Assembly (NCBI GenBank): GCA_964016885.1
Contig: OZ024750.1
Coordinates: 17,422,001-17,486,000, forward strand
From: Eledone cirrhosa
Taxonomy: Eukaryota
Direction of reading: 5' to 3'
Length of the DNA: 64,000 bases
The notes under the pieces were generated by a model. That model worked only from the letters and a program-made list of their open reading frames with translations, ran no database searches and was not told where the DNA came from. The stretch's first letter is position 1. Each line of letters begins with the position of its first letter. This document shows, one piece after another, positions 29,056 to 43,000 of this stretch. The position numbers and the translations under genes were made by a program.

Positions 29056-29444
29056 CTGTGTTATTTATATTATATATATATATATATATATATACATATA
29101 CATGTGTATATATATATATATATAATCACCAATGATTTTGTTTCCTATCAACCCCCACTACCACCACCACCACCACCACACACATACACCACTTAAATCT
29201 ATCAACCCCACCACCACCAACACACACCACTTAAATCTATGAGGCTATAAACTTTCTTAGAAGTCACCTCAGAATTTTATTTTTGGTTTTCATTTCCAGT
29301 CGTTCAATCAATAACAACATCGTACAACTGAAATTGTAGGAATGGAGGATTAATAGACTTAGACATACCAAAACAACAAACGAAAATGATGATAGCAGAA
29401 TCAGTAGAGCATCCAACAAGTTATCTACACCAATATGTGTATAA

Positions 29445-29630
29445 CAGGGTTTCCCAAACATTTTCAAACCTGGAACCCTTTTTGGTTCAGAAACCTTAGG
29501 GGGAACGTCAAAGTCTAATACTGTTATATGTCCATGATATAAATATACCCCTCTACCATTTTTTCACGGAACCCCAGACACTTCTTTGTAAAGCCCTTGA
29601 TTTCCACGGAACCCACTTTGAGAACCATTG
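29445..29630. mobile_element. hAT-superfamily MITE
   Basis: Imperfect TIRs CAGGGTTTCCCAAA / TTTGAGAACCATTG, with an exact 8-bp TSD GTGTATAA at 29437-29444 and 29631-29638. Confidence 0.85.
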
Positions 29631-29774
29631 GTGTATAACCATGTCTGTTAATTACTTTAAATGTAAAACGCAAACAAATCTGTACAAAACGACCGCTATC
29701 CACGAACCCAAGCAATCGTAATCCATAGCTTCTTGTGACGCTAAACTCCGCCAGTTGCAGACTGTGCATTAACA

Positions 29775-29775
<1 letters not shown>

Positions 29776-29848
<73 letters not shown>

Positions 29849-30075
29849 TGACGCTAAACTCTGCGCATCAACATGTGATATATCTCTCCACAAAGTTCGA
29901 TCACCAGCAGCAGAGTTCAAAGAGCAAAGATCAAGTCCAGTCCATAAGTTGACATTGTCAAGCCATCGTTTTGGCTGCCGGCCTCTGCTTCTTTTACCAG
30001 CCAACCTTCCTTCCAGGCATAACCTACTCACGTCACGAGTTGATCTTTTTATATGGCCGTATAGTTTGAAGGACG
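29776..30075 (-). mobile_element. RTE-clade LINE 3' fragment with (TAG)n tail
   Basis: LYGHIKRSTRDVSRLCLEGRLAGKRSRGRQPKRWLDNVNLWTGLDL...DRTLWR is the RTE C-terminal motif. Confidence 0.8.
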
Positions 30076-31295
30076 AGATTGGTTGTACTTTACTACTAGT
30101 GTAGGCATATATCTGGTAGATAAAGTTGATCGTTGGTATATGGATTACATTACAATGATGTAATCCATATACACCAACGATCAACTTTATATGCCCACAC
30201 TAGACATAAAGTACAACAAATCCTGCCCGTCTAAACATTCCTAAACATTCCCATCATAACAACAATCAAGCCTACACCAATAACTGCTAGTGGGGTCGAC
30301 AGACGTCATCAGGCTGCAGCTATCGTATTATGTTCATTCTGTATCTATATTACACAATTAGAATGGTAGAAATAGAGGACTGTTGGCTGGTGTATAACCA
30401 TGTCTGTTCATTACTTTAAATGTAAAACACAAACAAATATGTACCAAACCAGCGCTATCCACGAACCCAAGCAATCGTATCCATATACCTACGATCAACT
30501 TTACCAGATATATGCCCACATTAGACATAAAATACAACCAATCGTTCCCTTCAAAACATTCCTAAATATTGCCATCAAAACAAGAACCAAGTCTACACCA
30601 ATTACTGATACTGGGGTTGACAAACGTCATCAGATTGCAGCTATCGTATTACGTTAATTCTGCATTTATATTACACAATTAGAATGGTAGAGGACTGTTG
30701 GACTTAATAAACAGCAAAACACCCAGCAAAATTCCTTATGGCATTAAGTTTAGTTCCCATTATATTTGATGCCGAAATCTCACCTGGGTCAACTTAACAT
30801 TTTAAAGTTCCGGTGTAGATAAAATGGTGAACGGAAATGAATTCACAGGAAAATGTTATAAATTCGGTTAGAATAAATGAAAAAGTCAGAGTAAAAAAAC
30901 AAAATGTTACATTTTAATATCCTAAATGATGGATCCTCCGTCGGTCACGACGAATAGCATACAGTTGTTCGATCTATTGAATTAACACTACACTTATGTG
31001 TTAAATTAATGTGGAAATAGCTGAGTATTTAATTAAGATGTGAATGAACCCTTATCGTAATCCTCAGGCAGAATCAAGGTGACATATTGTGTGACAAAGA
31101 CTGGATCTTCAAACTACAGGTACAGTCCATCTGATGGAATTTCGTACAGTTTCCGCCTACCAAAATTCACTCACATGGTTCGGATTACTCCGATGCTATG
31201 ACAAAAGACACTCTCGGTAAATATACGGAGTGGTGGAATCGAAACCTGGACCTGACAATTACTTACCTCCACATAAAAGAGATACCATAGTTAAA

Positions 31296-31483
31296 ATAAT
31301 TGTTTCTACTTTAGGCACAAGGCCAGCAATGACCCAGTGCATTACTGGTACTTTATTTTATCGACCCCGTAAGGATGAAAGGCAAAGTCAACCTCGGCGG
31401 GATTTGAACTCAGATCGTAAAGGGACGTAACTATGCTGGAAAGCATGGCGTCCGACCCTCTACCGATACTGCCAATCCACCGC
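31296..31483 (-). mobile_element. tRNA-derived SINE
   Basis: Full family member; TAGTTAAAATAAT is duplicated on the flanks. Confidence 0.85.
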
Positions 31484-31571
31484 TAGTTAAAATAATGGTT
31501 TCTGATTTAGGCACAAGGACAATGTACTTGCCCATCTATTTATTGATCTACACATTTATCTCTATGTACAG

Positions 31572-31614
31572 GTCTGATGATACTGTGATAAACAGGCGAA
31601 ACTCCAGCGTAACA
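31572..31614 (+). ncRNA. Degenerate hammerhead motif
   Basis: GT-CTGATGA-TACTGT-GATAA-ACAGGC-GAAAC-TCCAGC-GTA-AC: core intact, stem I weak. Confidence 0.5.
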
Positions 31615-31644
31615 AGACTCACGTCTTAGTCTCAATAATACTGA

Positions 31645-31676
<32 letters not shown>

Positions 31677-31678
<2 letters not shown>

Positions 31679-31749
31679 CGAAGGAATTGTGATAAGGGAT
31701 CAGTAGCCGTAAAAACGGCTTGAGCTCTGCCGTCGGGGTCATACCTTTT

Positions 31750-31753
<4 letters not shown>
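31677..31753. mobile_element. Internally deleted family-A element in (TA)n
   Basis: AACGAAGGAA...AGCCGTAAAAACGGCTTGAGCTCTGCCGTCGGGGTC...CCTA. Confidence 0.65.
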
Positions 31754-31805
<52 letters not shown>

Positions 31806-32207
31806 TATATATTACACGTATGTATGTACCTTATCCACATTTCAGTTCATCATTTAGTCAGTGGTGTTAGGTAATTTTCGTAATTAGTAATTTTCTAATT
31901 AAGGAGAAAGTTGACACCAATAATTATTGTGAAGTCTGTCAATCAGACAAATTTCCTGCCTAATTTCTTCTTCTTCTTCTTCTTCTTCTTCTTCTTCTTC
32001 TTCTTCTCCTTCTCCTTCTCCTTCTTCTTCTTCTTCTTCTTCTTCTCCTCCTTCTCTTTCTTCCTTCTTCCTACTATTATTATCAGATCTTCTATCAACC
32101 AGCTGCCCCTAGGTTTCTGTCTTTCGTTAATTTTTCTCGTTCACTCTTCAGCTCTCTAGAATCTCATTTGTGGTAATTGTTCTTTTCCTGAATATCTGTT
32201 GATCGCA

Positions 32208-35200
32208 TACAACTACAACAACATTAGCTACAACTACAACAACATTAGCTACAACTACAACAACATTAGCTACAACTACAACAGTAGCTACAACTACAAC
32301 AACATTAGCTACAACTACAACAACATTAGCTACAACTACAACAACATTAGCTACAACTAGAGGGACAGTAGCTACAACTACAACATTAGCTACAACTACA
32401 ACAACATTAGCTACAACTACAACAACATTAGCTACAACTACAACAACATTAGCTACAACTACAACAACATTAGCTACAACTAGAGGAACAGTAGCTACAA
32501 CTACAACATTAGCTACAACTACAACAACATTAGCTACAACTAGAGGGACAGTAGCTACAACTACAACATTAGCTACAACTACAACAACATTAGCTACAAC
32601 TACAACATTAGCTACAACTACAGGAACATTAGCTACAACTACAACATTAGCTACAACTACAACAACATTAGCTACAACTACAACATTAGCTACAACTACA
32701 ACATTAGCTACAACTACAACAACATTAGCTACAACTACAACAACATTAGCTACAACTACAACATTAGCTACAACTACAACAACATTAGCTACAACTACAA
32801 CATTAGCTACAACTACAACAACATTAGCTACAACTACAACATTAGCTACAACTACAACATTAGCTACAACTACAACAACATTAGCTACAATTACAACAAC
32901 ATTAGCTACAACTACAACAACATTAGCTACAACTACAACAACATTAGCTACAATTACAACAACATTAGCTACAATTACAACAACATTAGCTACAACTACA
33001 ACAACATTAGCTACAATTACAACAACATTAGCTACAATTACAACAACATTAGCTACAACAACAACATTAGCTACAACTACAACAACATTAGCTACAATTA
33101 CAACAACATTAGCTACAACTACAACAACATTAGCTACAATTACAACAACATTAGCTACAACAACAACATTAGCTACAACTACAGGAACATTAGCTACAAC
33201 TACAACATTAGCTACAACTACAACAACATTAGCTACAACTACAACAACATTAGCTACAACTACAACAACATTAGCTACAACTACAACAGTAGCTACAACT
33301 ACAACAACATTAGCTACAACTACAACAACATTAGCTACAACTACAACATTAGCTACAACTACAACAACAGTAGCTACAACTACAACATTAGCTACAACTA
33401 CAACATTAGCTACAACTACAACAACATTAGCTACAACTACAACATTAGCTACAACTACAACATTAGCTACAACTACAACAACATTAGCTACAACTAGAGG
33501 AACAGTAGCTACAACTACAACAGTAGCTACAACTACAACATTAGCTACAACTACAACATTAGCTACAACTACAACATTAGCTACAACTACAACATTAGCT
33601 ACAACTACAACATTAGCTACAACTACAACATTAGCTACAACTACAACAACATTAGCTACAACTACAACAACATTAGCTACAACTACAACAACATTAGCTA
33701 CAACTACAACATTAGCTACAACTACAACAACATTAGCTACAACTACAACATTAGCTACAACTACAACAACATTAGCTACAACTACAACATTAGCTACAAC
33801 TACAACAACATTAGCTACAACTACAACATTAGCTACAACTACAACATTAGCTACAACTACAGGAACATTAGCTACAACTACAACATTAGCTACAACTACA
33901 ACAACATTAGCTACAACTACAACATTAGCTACAACTACAACATTAGCTACAACTACAACAACATTAGCTACAACTACAACATTAGCTACAACTACAACAT
34001 TAGCTACAACTACAACAACATTAGCTACAACTACAACATTAGCTACAACTACAACAACATTAGCTACAACTACAACATTAGCTACAACTACAACAACATT
34101 AGCTACAACTACAACATTAGCTACAACTACAACATTAGCTACAACTACAGGAACATTAGCTACAACTACAACATTAGCTACAACTACAACAACATTAGCT
34201 ACAACTACAACATTAGCTACAACTACAACATTAGCTACAACTACAACATTAGTTACAACTACAACAACATTAGCTACAACTACAACAACATTAGCTACAA
34301 CTACAACATTAGCTACAACTACAACAACATTAGCTACAACTACAACATTAGCTACAACTACAACATTAGCTACAACTACAACATTAGCTACAACTACAAC
34401 ATTAGCTACAACTACAGGAACATTAGCTACAACTACAACATTAGCTACAACTACAACATTAGCTACAACTACAACATTAGCTACAACTACAACACATTAG
34501 CTACAACTACAACAACATTAGCTACAACTACAACATTAGCTACAACTACAACATTAGCTACAACTACAACATTAGGTACAACTACAGGAACATTAGCTAC
34601 AACTACAACAACATTAGCTACAACTACAACAACATTAGCTACAACTACAACATTAGCTACAACTAGAGGCATTAGCTACAACTAGAGGAACATTAGCTAC
34701 AACTACAACATTAGCTACAACTACAGGAACATTAGCTACAACTACAACATTAGCTACAACTACAACAACATTAGCTACAACTACAACAACATTAGCTACA
34801 ACTACAACATTAGCTACAACTAGAGGAACATTAGCTACAACTACAACATTAGCTACAACTACAACATTAGCTACAACTACAGGAACATTAGCTACAACTA
34901 CAACAACATTAGCTACAACTACAACATTAGCTACAACTACAACATTAGCTACAACTACAGGAACATTAGCTACAACTACAACATTAGCTACAACTACAAC
35001 ATTAGCTACAACTACAACATTAGCTACAACTACAGGAACATTAGCTACAACTACAACATTAGCTACAACTACAACATTAGCTACAACTACAGGAACATTA
35101 GCTACAACTACAACATTAGCTACAACTACAGGAACATTAGCTACAACTACAACATTAGCTACAACTACAACATTAGCTACAACTACAGGAACATTAGCTA

Positions 35201-38200
35201 CAACTACAACATTAGCTACAACTACAACATTAGCTACAACTACAACAACATTAGCTACAACTACAACATTAGCTACAACTACAACAACATTAGCTACAAC
35301 TACAACATTAGCTACAACTACAACAACATTAGCTACAACTACAACATTAGCTACAACTACAACATTAGCTACAACTACAGGAACATTAGCTACAACTACA
35401 ACATTAGCTACAACTACAACAACATTAGCTACAACTACAACATTAGCTACAACTACAACATTAGCTACAACTACAACATTAGTTACAACTACAACAACAT
35501 TAGCTACAACTACAACAACATTAGCTACAACTACAACATTAGCTACAACTACAACAACATTAGCTACAACTACAACATTAGCTACAACTACAACATTAGC
35601 TACAACTACAACATTAGCTACAACTACAACATTAGCTACAACTACAGGAACATTAGCTACAACTACAACATTAGCTACAACTACAACATTAGCTACAACT
35701 ACAACATTAGCTACAACTACAACATTAGCTACAACTACAACAACATTAGCTACAACTACAACAACATTAGCTACAACTACAACATTAGCTACAACTACAA
35801 CATTAGCTACAACTACAACATTAGCTACAACTACAGGAACATTAGCTACAACTACAACAACATTAGCTACAACTACAACAACATTAGCTACAACTACAAC
35901 ATTAGCTACAACTAGAGGAACATTAGCTACAACTACAACATTAGCTACAACTACAACATTAGCTACAACTACAGGAACATTAGCTACAACTACAACAACA
36001 TTAGCTACAACTACAACATTAGCTACAACTACAACATTAGCTACAACTACAGGAACATTAGCTACAACTACAACATTAGCTACAACTACAACATTAGCTA
36101 CAACTACAACATTAGCTACAACTACAGGAACATTAGCTACAACTACAACATTAGCTACAACTACAACATTAGCTACAACTACAGGAACATTAGCTACAAC
36201 TACAACATTAGCTACAACTACAGGAACATTAGCTACAACTACAACATTAGCTACAACTACAACATTAGCTACAACTACAGGAACATTAGCTACAACTACA
36301 ACATTAGCTACAACTACAACATTAGCTACAACTACAACATTAGCTACAACTACAGGAACATTAGCTACAACTACAACATTAGCTACAACTACAACATTAG
36401 CTACAACTACAGGAACATTAGCTACAACTACAACATTAGCTACAACTACAGGAACATTAGCTACAACTACAACATTAGCTACAACTACAACATTAGCTAC
36501 AACTACAGGAACATTAGCTACAACTACAACATTAGCTACAACTACAACATTAGCTACAACTACAGGAACATTAGCTACAACTACAACATTAGCTACAACT
36601 ACAACATTAGCTACAACTACAGGAACATTAGCTACAACTACAACATTAGCTACAACTACAACATTAGCTACAACTACAGGAACATTAGCTACAACTACAA
36701 CATTAGCTACAACTACAACATTAGCTACAACTACAACATTAGCTACAACTACAGGAACATTAGCTACAACTACAACATTAGCTACAACTACAACATTAGC
36801 TACAACTACAGGAACATTAGCTACAACTACAACATTAGCTACAACTACAGGAACATTAGCTACAACTACAACAACATTAGCTACAACTACAACATTAGCT
36901 ACAACTACAGGAACATTAGCTACAACTACAACATTAGCTACAACTACAACATTAGCTACAACTACAACATTAGCTACAACTACAACATTAGCTACAACTA
37001 CAACATTAGCTACAACTACAACATTAGCTACAACTACAGGAACATTAGCTACAACTACAACATTAGCTACAACTACAGGAACATTAGCTACAACTACAAC
37101 ATTAGCTACAACTACAACATTAGCTACAACTACAACATTAGCTACAACTACAGGAACATTAGCTACAACTACAACATTAGCTACAACTACAACATTAGCT
37201 ACAACTACAGGAACATTAGCTACAACTACAACATTAGCTACAACTACAACATTAGCTACAACTACAACATTAGCTACAACTACAACATTAGCTACAACTA
37301 CAACATTAGCTACAACTACAACATTAGCTACAACTACAGGAACATTAGCTACAACTACAACATTAGCTACAACTACAGGAACATTAGCTACAACTACAAC
37401 AACATTAGCTACAACTACAACATTAGCTACAACTACAGGAACATTAGCTACAACTACAACATTAGCTACAACTACAACATTAGCTACAACTACAACATTA
37501 GCTACAACTACAACATTAGCTACAACTACAACATTAGCTACAACTACAACATTAGCTACAACTACAGGAACATTAGCTACAACTACAACATTAGCTACAA
37601 CTACAGGAACATTAGCTACAACTACAACATTAGCTACAACTACAACATTAGCTACAACTACAGGAACATTAGCTACAACTACAACATTAGCTACAACTAC
37701 AACATTAGCTCCAACTACAACATTAGCTACAACTACAGGAACATTAGCTACAACTACAACATTAGCTACAACTACAACATTAGCTACAACTACAGGAACA
37801 TTAGCTACAACTACAACATTAGCTACAACTACAACATTAGCTACAACTACAACATTAGCTACAACTACAACATTAGCTACAACTACAGGAACATTAGCTA
37901 CAACTACAACATTAGCTACAACTACAACATTAGCTACAACTACAGGAACATTAGCTACAACTACAACATTAGCTACAACTACAACATTAGCTACAACTAC
38001 AACAACATTAGCTACAACTACAACATTAGCTACAACTACAACATTAGCTACAACTACAACAACATTAGCTACAACTACAACATTAGCTACAACTACAACA
38101 TTAGCTACAACTACAACATTAGCTACAACTACAACATTAGCTACAACTACAACAACATTAGCTACAACTACAACATTAGCTACAACTACAACAACATTAG

Positions 38201-38360
38201 CTACAACTACAACAACATTAGCTACAACTACAACATTAGCTACAACTACAACATTAGCTACAACTACAACAACATTAGCTACAACTACAACATTAGCTAC
38301 AACTACAACAACATTAGCTACAACTACAACAACATTAGCTACAACTACAACAACAACAAC
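32208..38360. repeat. 6.1-kb minisatellite of 18/21-bp units (ACAACTACAACATTAGCT with ACA or GGA insertion variants)
   Basis: Directly visible. Confidence 0.97.
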
Positions 38361-38377
38361 GATGACTACGACGGGGA

Positions 38378-38415
<38 letters not shown>

Positions 38416-38499
38416 AGAAGAAGAAGAAGAAGAAGAAGAAGAAGAAGAAGAAGAAGAAGAAGAAGAAGAAGAAGAAGAAGAAGAAGAAGAAGAAGAAGA

Positions 38500-38618
38500 A
38501 GAGTTCAAATACCACCGAGATTCACTTTGCATTTCATCCTTATGGGGTCGATAAAATAAAGTACCAGTAATGCACTGGGGGTAATTGCTGACCTTCTGCC
38601 AAAAATAGAAACAATTAT
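38500..38618 (+). mobile_element. 5'-truncated SINE
   Basis: B-box, central domain and tail present. Confidence 0.75.
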
Positions 38619-38622
38619 TATA

Positions 38623-38701
38623 TTGAGTCGTCAAGTATGAAATTTGTAGAAATTTGTAGAAAAAATACAAATCTCTACAAATTTCATACTTGATGATCCA
38701 A
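38623..38701. mobile_element. Mariner-like MITE copy
   Basis: Same TIRs as 26967-27037. Confidence 0.6.
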
Positions 38702-38892
38702 TATATATACACACACATATATATGCATATATATATATATTGTTATGCTTTGGGAGGGTCATGTTGCCAATAAGAAACACACGCACCAATTGCTTTCACT
38801 TCAATTTATTATAAATTAAATTTATAAATTTAGGAATTTATAAATTTCCGGTTGGTTGGTTGGTTCCACAACCAGACGATTGTTCATATATT

Positions 38893-38935
38893 GTCAAAGT
38901 TCTTTCGTCACACATTCTGTGACCTCTTCAGTGAC
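38893..38935 (-). ncRNA. Minimal type I hammerhead motif
   Basis: Reverse complement of 38988-39030. Confidence 0.65.
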
Positions 38936-38987
38936 TGGCGTAGGACAGAACAAAGGAGAGGCACAAAAACAAAGAAAAGAATCCCCA

Positions 38988-39030
38988 GTCACTGAAGAGG
39001 TCACAGAATGTGTGACGAAAGAACTTTGAC
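38988..39030 (+). ncRNA. Minimal type I hammerhead motif
   Basis: GTCA-CTGAAGA-G-GTCACA-GAATG-TGTGAC-GAA-AG-AA-CT-T-TGAC; predicted cut after CUU (39026). Confidence 0.7.
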
Positions 39031-39316
39031 AATATATGAACAATCGCCTGGTTGTGGAACCAACCAACCAACCGGAAATTTATAAATTCCTAAATTTATA
39101 AATTTAATTTATAATAAATTGAAGTGAAAGCAATTGGTGCGTGTGTTTCTTATTGGCAACATGACCCTCCCAAAGCATAACAATATCGGTTTCAACACAC
39201 GTTTTCAGATAAAGAATCTTGCTAAACAAATTCAGAAACGAAATATATATATATATATGATATTAAATAAATGGAAACTATATTTATAAAACCATATTTA
39301 TTTCATTATACTTGTT

Positions 39317-39714
<398 letters not shown>

Positions 39715-39729
39715 TGTTTCTTTATTATT

Positions 39730-39772
<43 letters not shown>

Positions 39773-40003
39773 ATTTCTATTTATTTGCCACGAGGGCACA
39801 AAAGAAGGGGACATTTACACAGTGGGGGAGTTTACATAAATCGAGTAAAGAAAAAAGGAATAACAATAATAATATAACAATAAAAAGTCCTCAAAAGGGA
39901 GGGGGCGTGTTGGGGATTGCACATACCCCCGAAAAGTGTGCAACTCTTTTCGCGGGGGAAGCCCAGAGAGGAGGCGCTCCCCCTTTCCTCTTCACTTCTT
40001 CAC

Positions 40004-43000
40004 CTACAGAACAATGTAGAGAGAAGGCCCATTTACACGGGCCATTCTCGCTTCTTTCACCCACCTTTCATAAAACTGTCTGGGACCAAGCACTTCTCTC
40101 TCCATCCTGATTCTTCTTCCGAAGTGGTATCGGAAGAAGTAAACCAGGTGATGGCCGGAGAGAAAGTCACCCGACCTCAGACCTTTCAGGCGCGTCCACC
40201 ACACAACCTCTTTCATCATGGCTATTACGCACAGAAAGACCGCCTCTGCTTCATTTCTGAAGGGAGGAGGCGGCTTGATGTTCACCACAGACTCGGCGGT
40301 TAATCGAATCGGCGCCACACGCGACAGCAGTCGTTCGACGTAGCCCCACAGATCGGCAACGCCCGGGCAGTGTACCAGTGCATGCGCAACGGTTTCCTCG
40401 TCGCGCACGCATCTGGGACAGATCTTTTTCGCGGGATCCCTGCCCGGGCGCCCGTGTCTGTAGAGCTTTTCTCGAACGGGCAGAGCCCCCCGGTAACACT
40501 GCCAGGCTAGGGACCTCTGGAAGTTGTCCATGGGTCCCGGGCCGAAAGTTCTACCGAACAGGCTGGCCAGTTCGTCCTCCTCCATGCCTAGCGACTCTCC
40601 AAGGGTGTCGTCGCCCCTGCTAGCCACCAACCCTCTATAGAATGTCGAGGTGGATTCTCCACTGACAGTCGGGTCCGCTTGCCAGATAGCCGTGAGCGCC
40701 TGGGCACACTCAGTGTGCCAGTTGCCCAGTTTTCTCGGTCTTTGCTTCACCCAGGATTGCAGTTCGGTGAGCGAGACGAGCTGTGGGAAGGCTCGCCTCA
40801 CAAACGGGGCCCACACCGGCTGACCGTTGAGGAATACCTGTAGATGCCGTAGCCTCAATGCGTGCCTACGCATCAACAGCCACGGCATACCCAGCCCTCC
40901 TTTCGAAGGGTGCTGGCAGCAGATGGATCTCCTCACCATGGGAGGCCGCTTCTTCCAGAGGAACTGGAAGAGCATGCGTTCCATGATGGTGAGCTTTTCC
41001 TTGGGGCAAGGCACGACGGTCAGGCGGTAGTAGATGACGGACGCTATGTAAGCGTTCGTCACCTCCGCCCGACCTTTCAGTGATAGTTTGCACTTGGCCC
41101 ACTTCTGGGTCAGCGCAAACACCCTGCTCGTCACCTCGCCCCAATTCTTCTCCACCTGGAGGTCCGGTCCGAACCAGACCCCGAGCAGCTTCACCGGGCC
41201 CTCCGTCCACCGCCCGACGACACCGTCTAACGGCATCGGTTTGCCCCTCCACGTTCCGAGTTGCAAACCGACTGACTTGTCCTGGTTCAGCTTAGCCCCC
41301 GTCAGCCTTTCGTATTCCTCCAGTAGGGTGGCGATCGCCCCGATTTCCGAGGCGTCCGCCACCATTACTGTTACGTCGTCGGCATAGGCCGAGACCGCTT
41401 TGTGCAATCCCGGTTCCAGGGGTATGCCCCGCAGCAACTCCAACTTCCGCAGCAGTGGCTCGAGAGTCAATACGTACAGAAGGGAGGAGAGGGGGCACCC
41501 CTGTCTGATGGATCGGGTGATTTGAAACGGCTCCGAGAGGTAGCCGTTTACTTTAATCCTAGAGTAGATGTTGCCACTGTGCATGGCAGAAATCCAGCCC
41601 CTGAAAACGGGTCCGAAGCCCGCCGCCGCTAGCACCGCATCCAGGTAACCATGGTCGACCCTATCGAACGCCTTAGATTGATCCAAGTTGATCAGGGCCC
41701 CACCAAAGCCGGGTTCGTAGCCAACCCTCTCTATGATGTATCGCATGAGGTGGAGGTTGTCGTGAATGGACCTGGACGGGATAGCGCATGTCTGCGCGTC
41801 TCCCACCAAACCACCCACCACAAGCGCCAACCTCTTCGTCAACACCTTGGCCAAAATCTGTAACTCTGCATTCAGCAGAGTTATGGGCCTAAAGTTACTT
41901 AAGTCGTCCCCCTTGCTCTCGTCCTTCCTCACTAGCGTGACCACGCCCTTGGTCACAGAACAGGGAATTCTCCCGTTCTGTTGCCAGTTGCAATAGACAG
42001 CCTCGAGGAGTTCGGAGAACAAGACCGGCATAGCTAAATAAAGTTCGTATGGTAGACCATCGAGACCCGGGGATTTGCGTCTGCTGCATTGGCTGAGCGC
42101 TTCCCCGATTTCAGTGGCTGTGATTGGCCCTTCGCAGCACTCCGCTTCGCCGCTCGAAAGACGCGGTAGACCGTCGAGGTATGGACCGAAGTCCACATCC
42201 CCGTCCGGCCCCCCGCCACCTCCGAACAGTCGAGCATAGTGCCTTTGAAAGGTCTCGCACATTCGCTCAGGTTCAAGGATCACCCGTCCATCCTGGTCTC
42301 GCAAAGACCGAATGGTGGATTTAATCCCACTCTTGGCTTCTGTCACGCGGGCCCAGCTAACAGCTTTGGTCCCCTCGTTTCCTAAAGCACGTATTTTACT
42401 TCGGACAACGCAGCCTTCGTGCTTCGCGTCAAAGAACTGGCTCAATGCCGTTCTCGTCGCTAACACTCTGGCTACGTCTCCGCTCCTAATCGCCTCTTCT
42501 AGTTTATCTGTTAACTCCCTTTCCCTCCTATTTCTATTCGCCGCTAGTTCCTTACTGTAACCTATCGAACTTACTCTAATCTCTCTCTTTAGAGATATCC
42601 ACCACCTACTGTTGACGATCGCTCCCGTCAACCGCATCTTAACTAAGCTACTAATCCGGTTTCTGTAATCTTTCTTTGTCGGTAAGGACAAGTTCATCTT
42701 CCAGTAACCAGGACCCTGTCTATGCGTTCTATCAAGGTTGACCACGCAGGTCACTAATTTGTGATCTGAATAGCCAACCATGATCAGTTCTGGACAACTA
42801 AATACGTCCCTATCCTTACTCCTAACCAAAAACCTATCTAGGTACGATCTAGATTGTCCACTGCGGTTTGCCCAGGTCCAGGTTGGCGCAGTTGGACAAT
42901 CTAGTCGAAATCTATCGACCAGGTCGAATCGATCGAGTAACCCCTTGAGGCTGCTACACCCCCCTCTATCGGGACATGCCCCTGCATAGTCCCAACGCGC

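Larger units (their letters stand above)
38737..39240. mobile_element. Penelope-like fold-back insertion: ~202-bp inverted arms (38737-38938 / 38985-39186), 46-bp spacer, hammerhead in each arm
   Basis: Arms are reverse complements with one visible mismatch, flanked by TA repeats. The same terminus (TATTGTTAT.CTT..GGAGGGTCAT) is also seen at 4839 and 19771. Confidence 0.85.
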
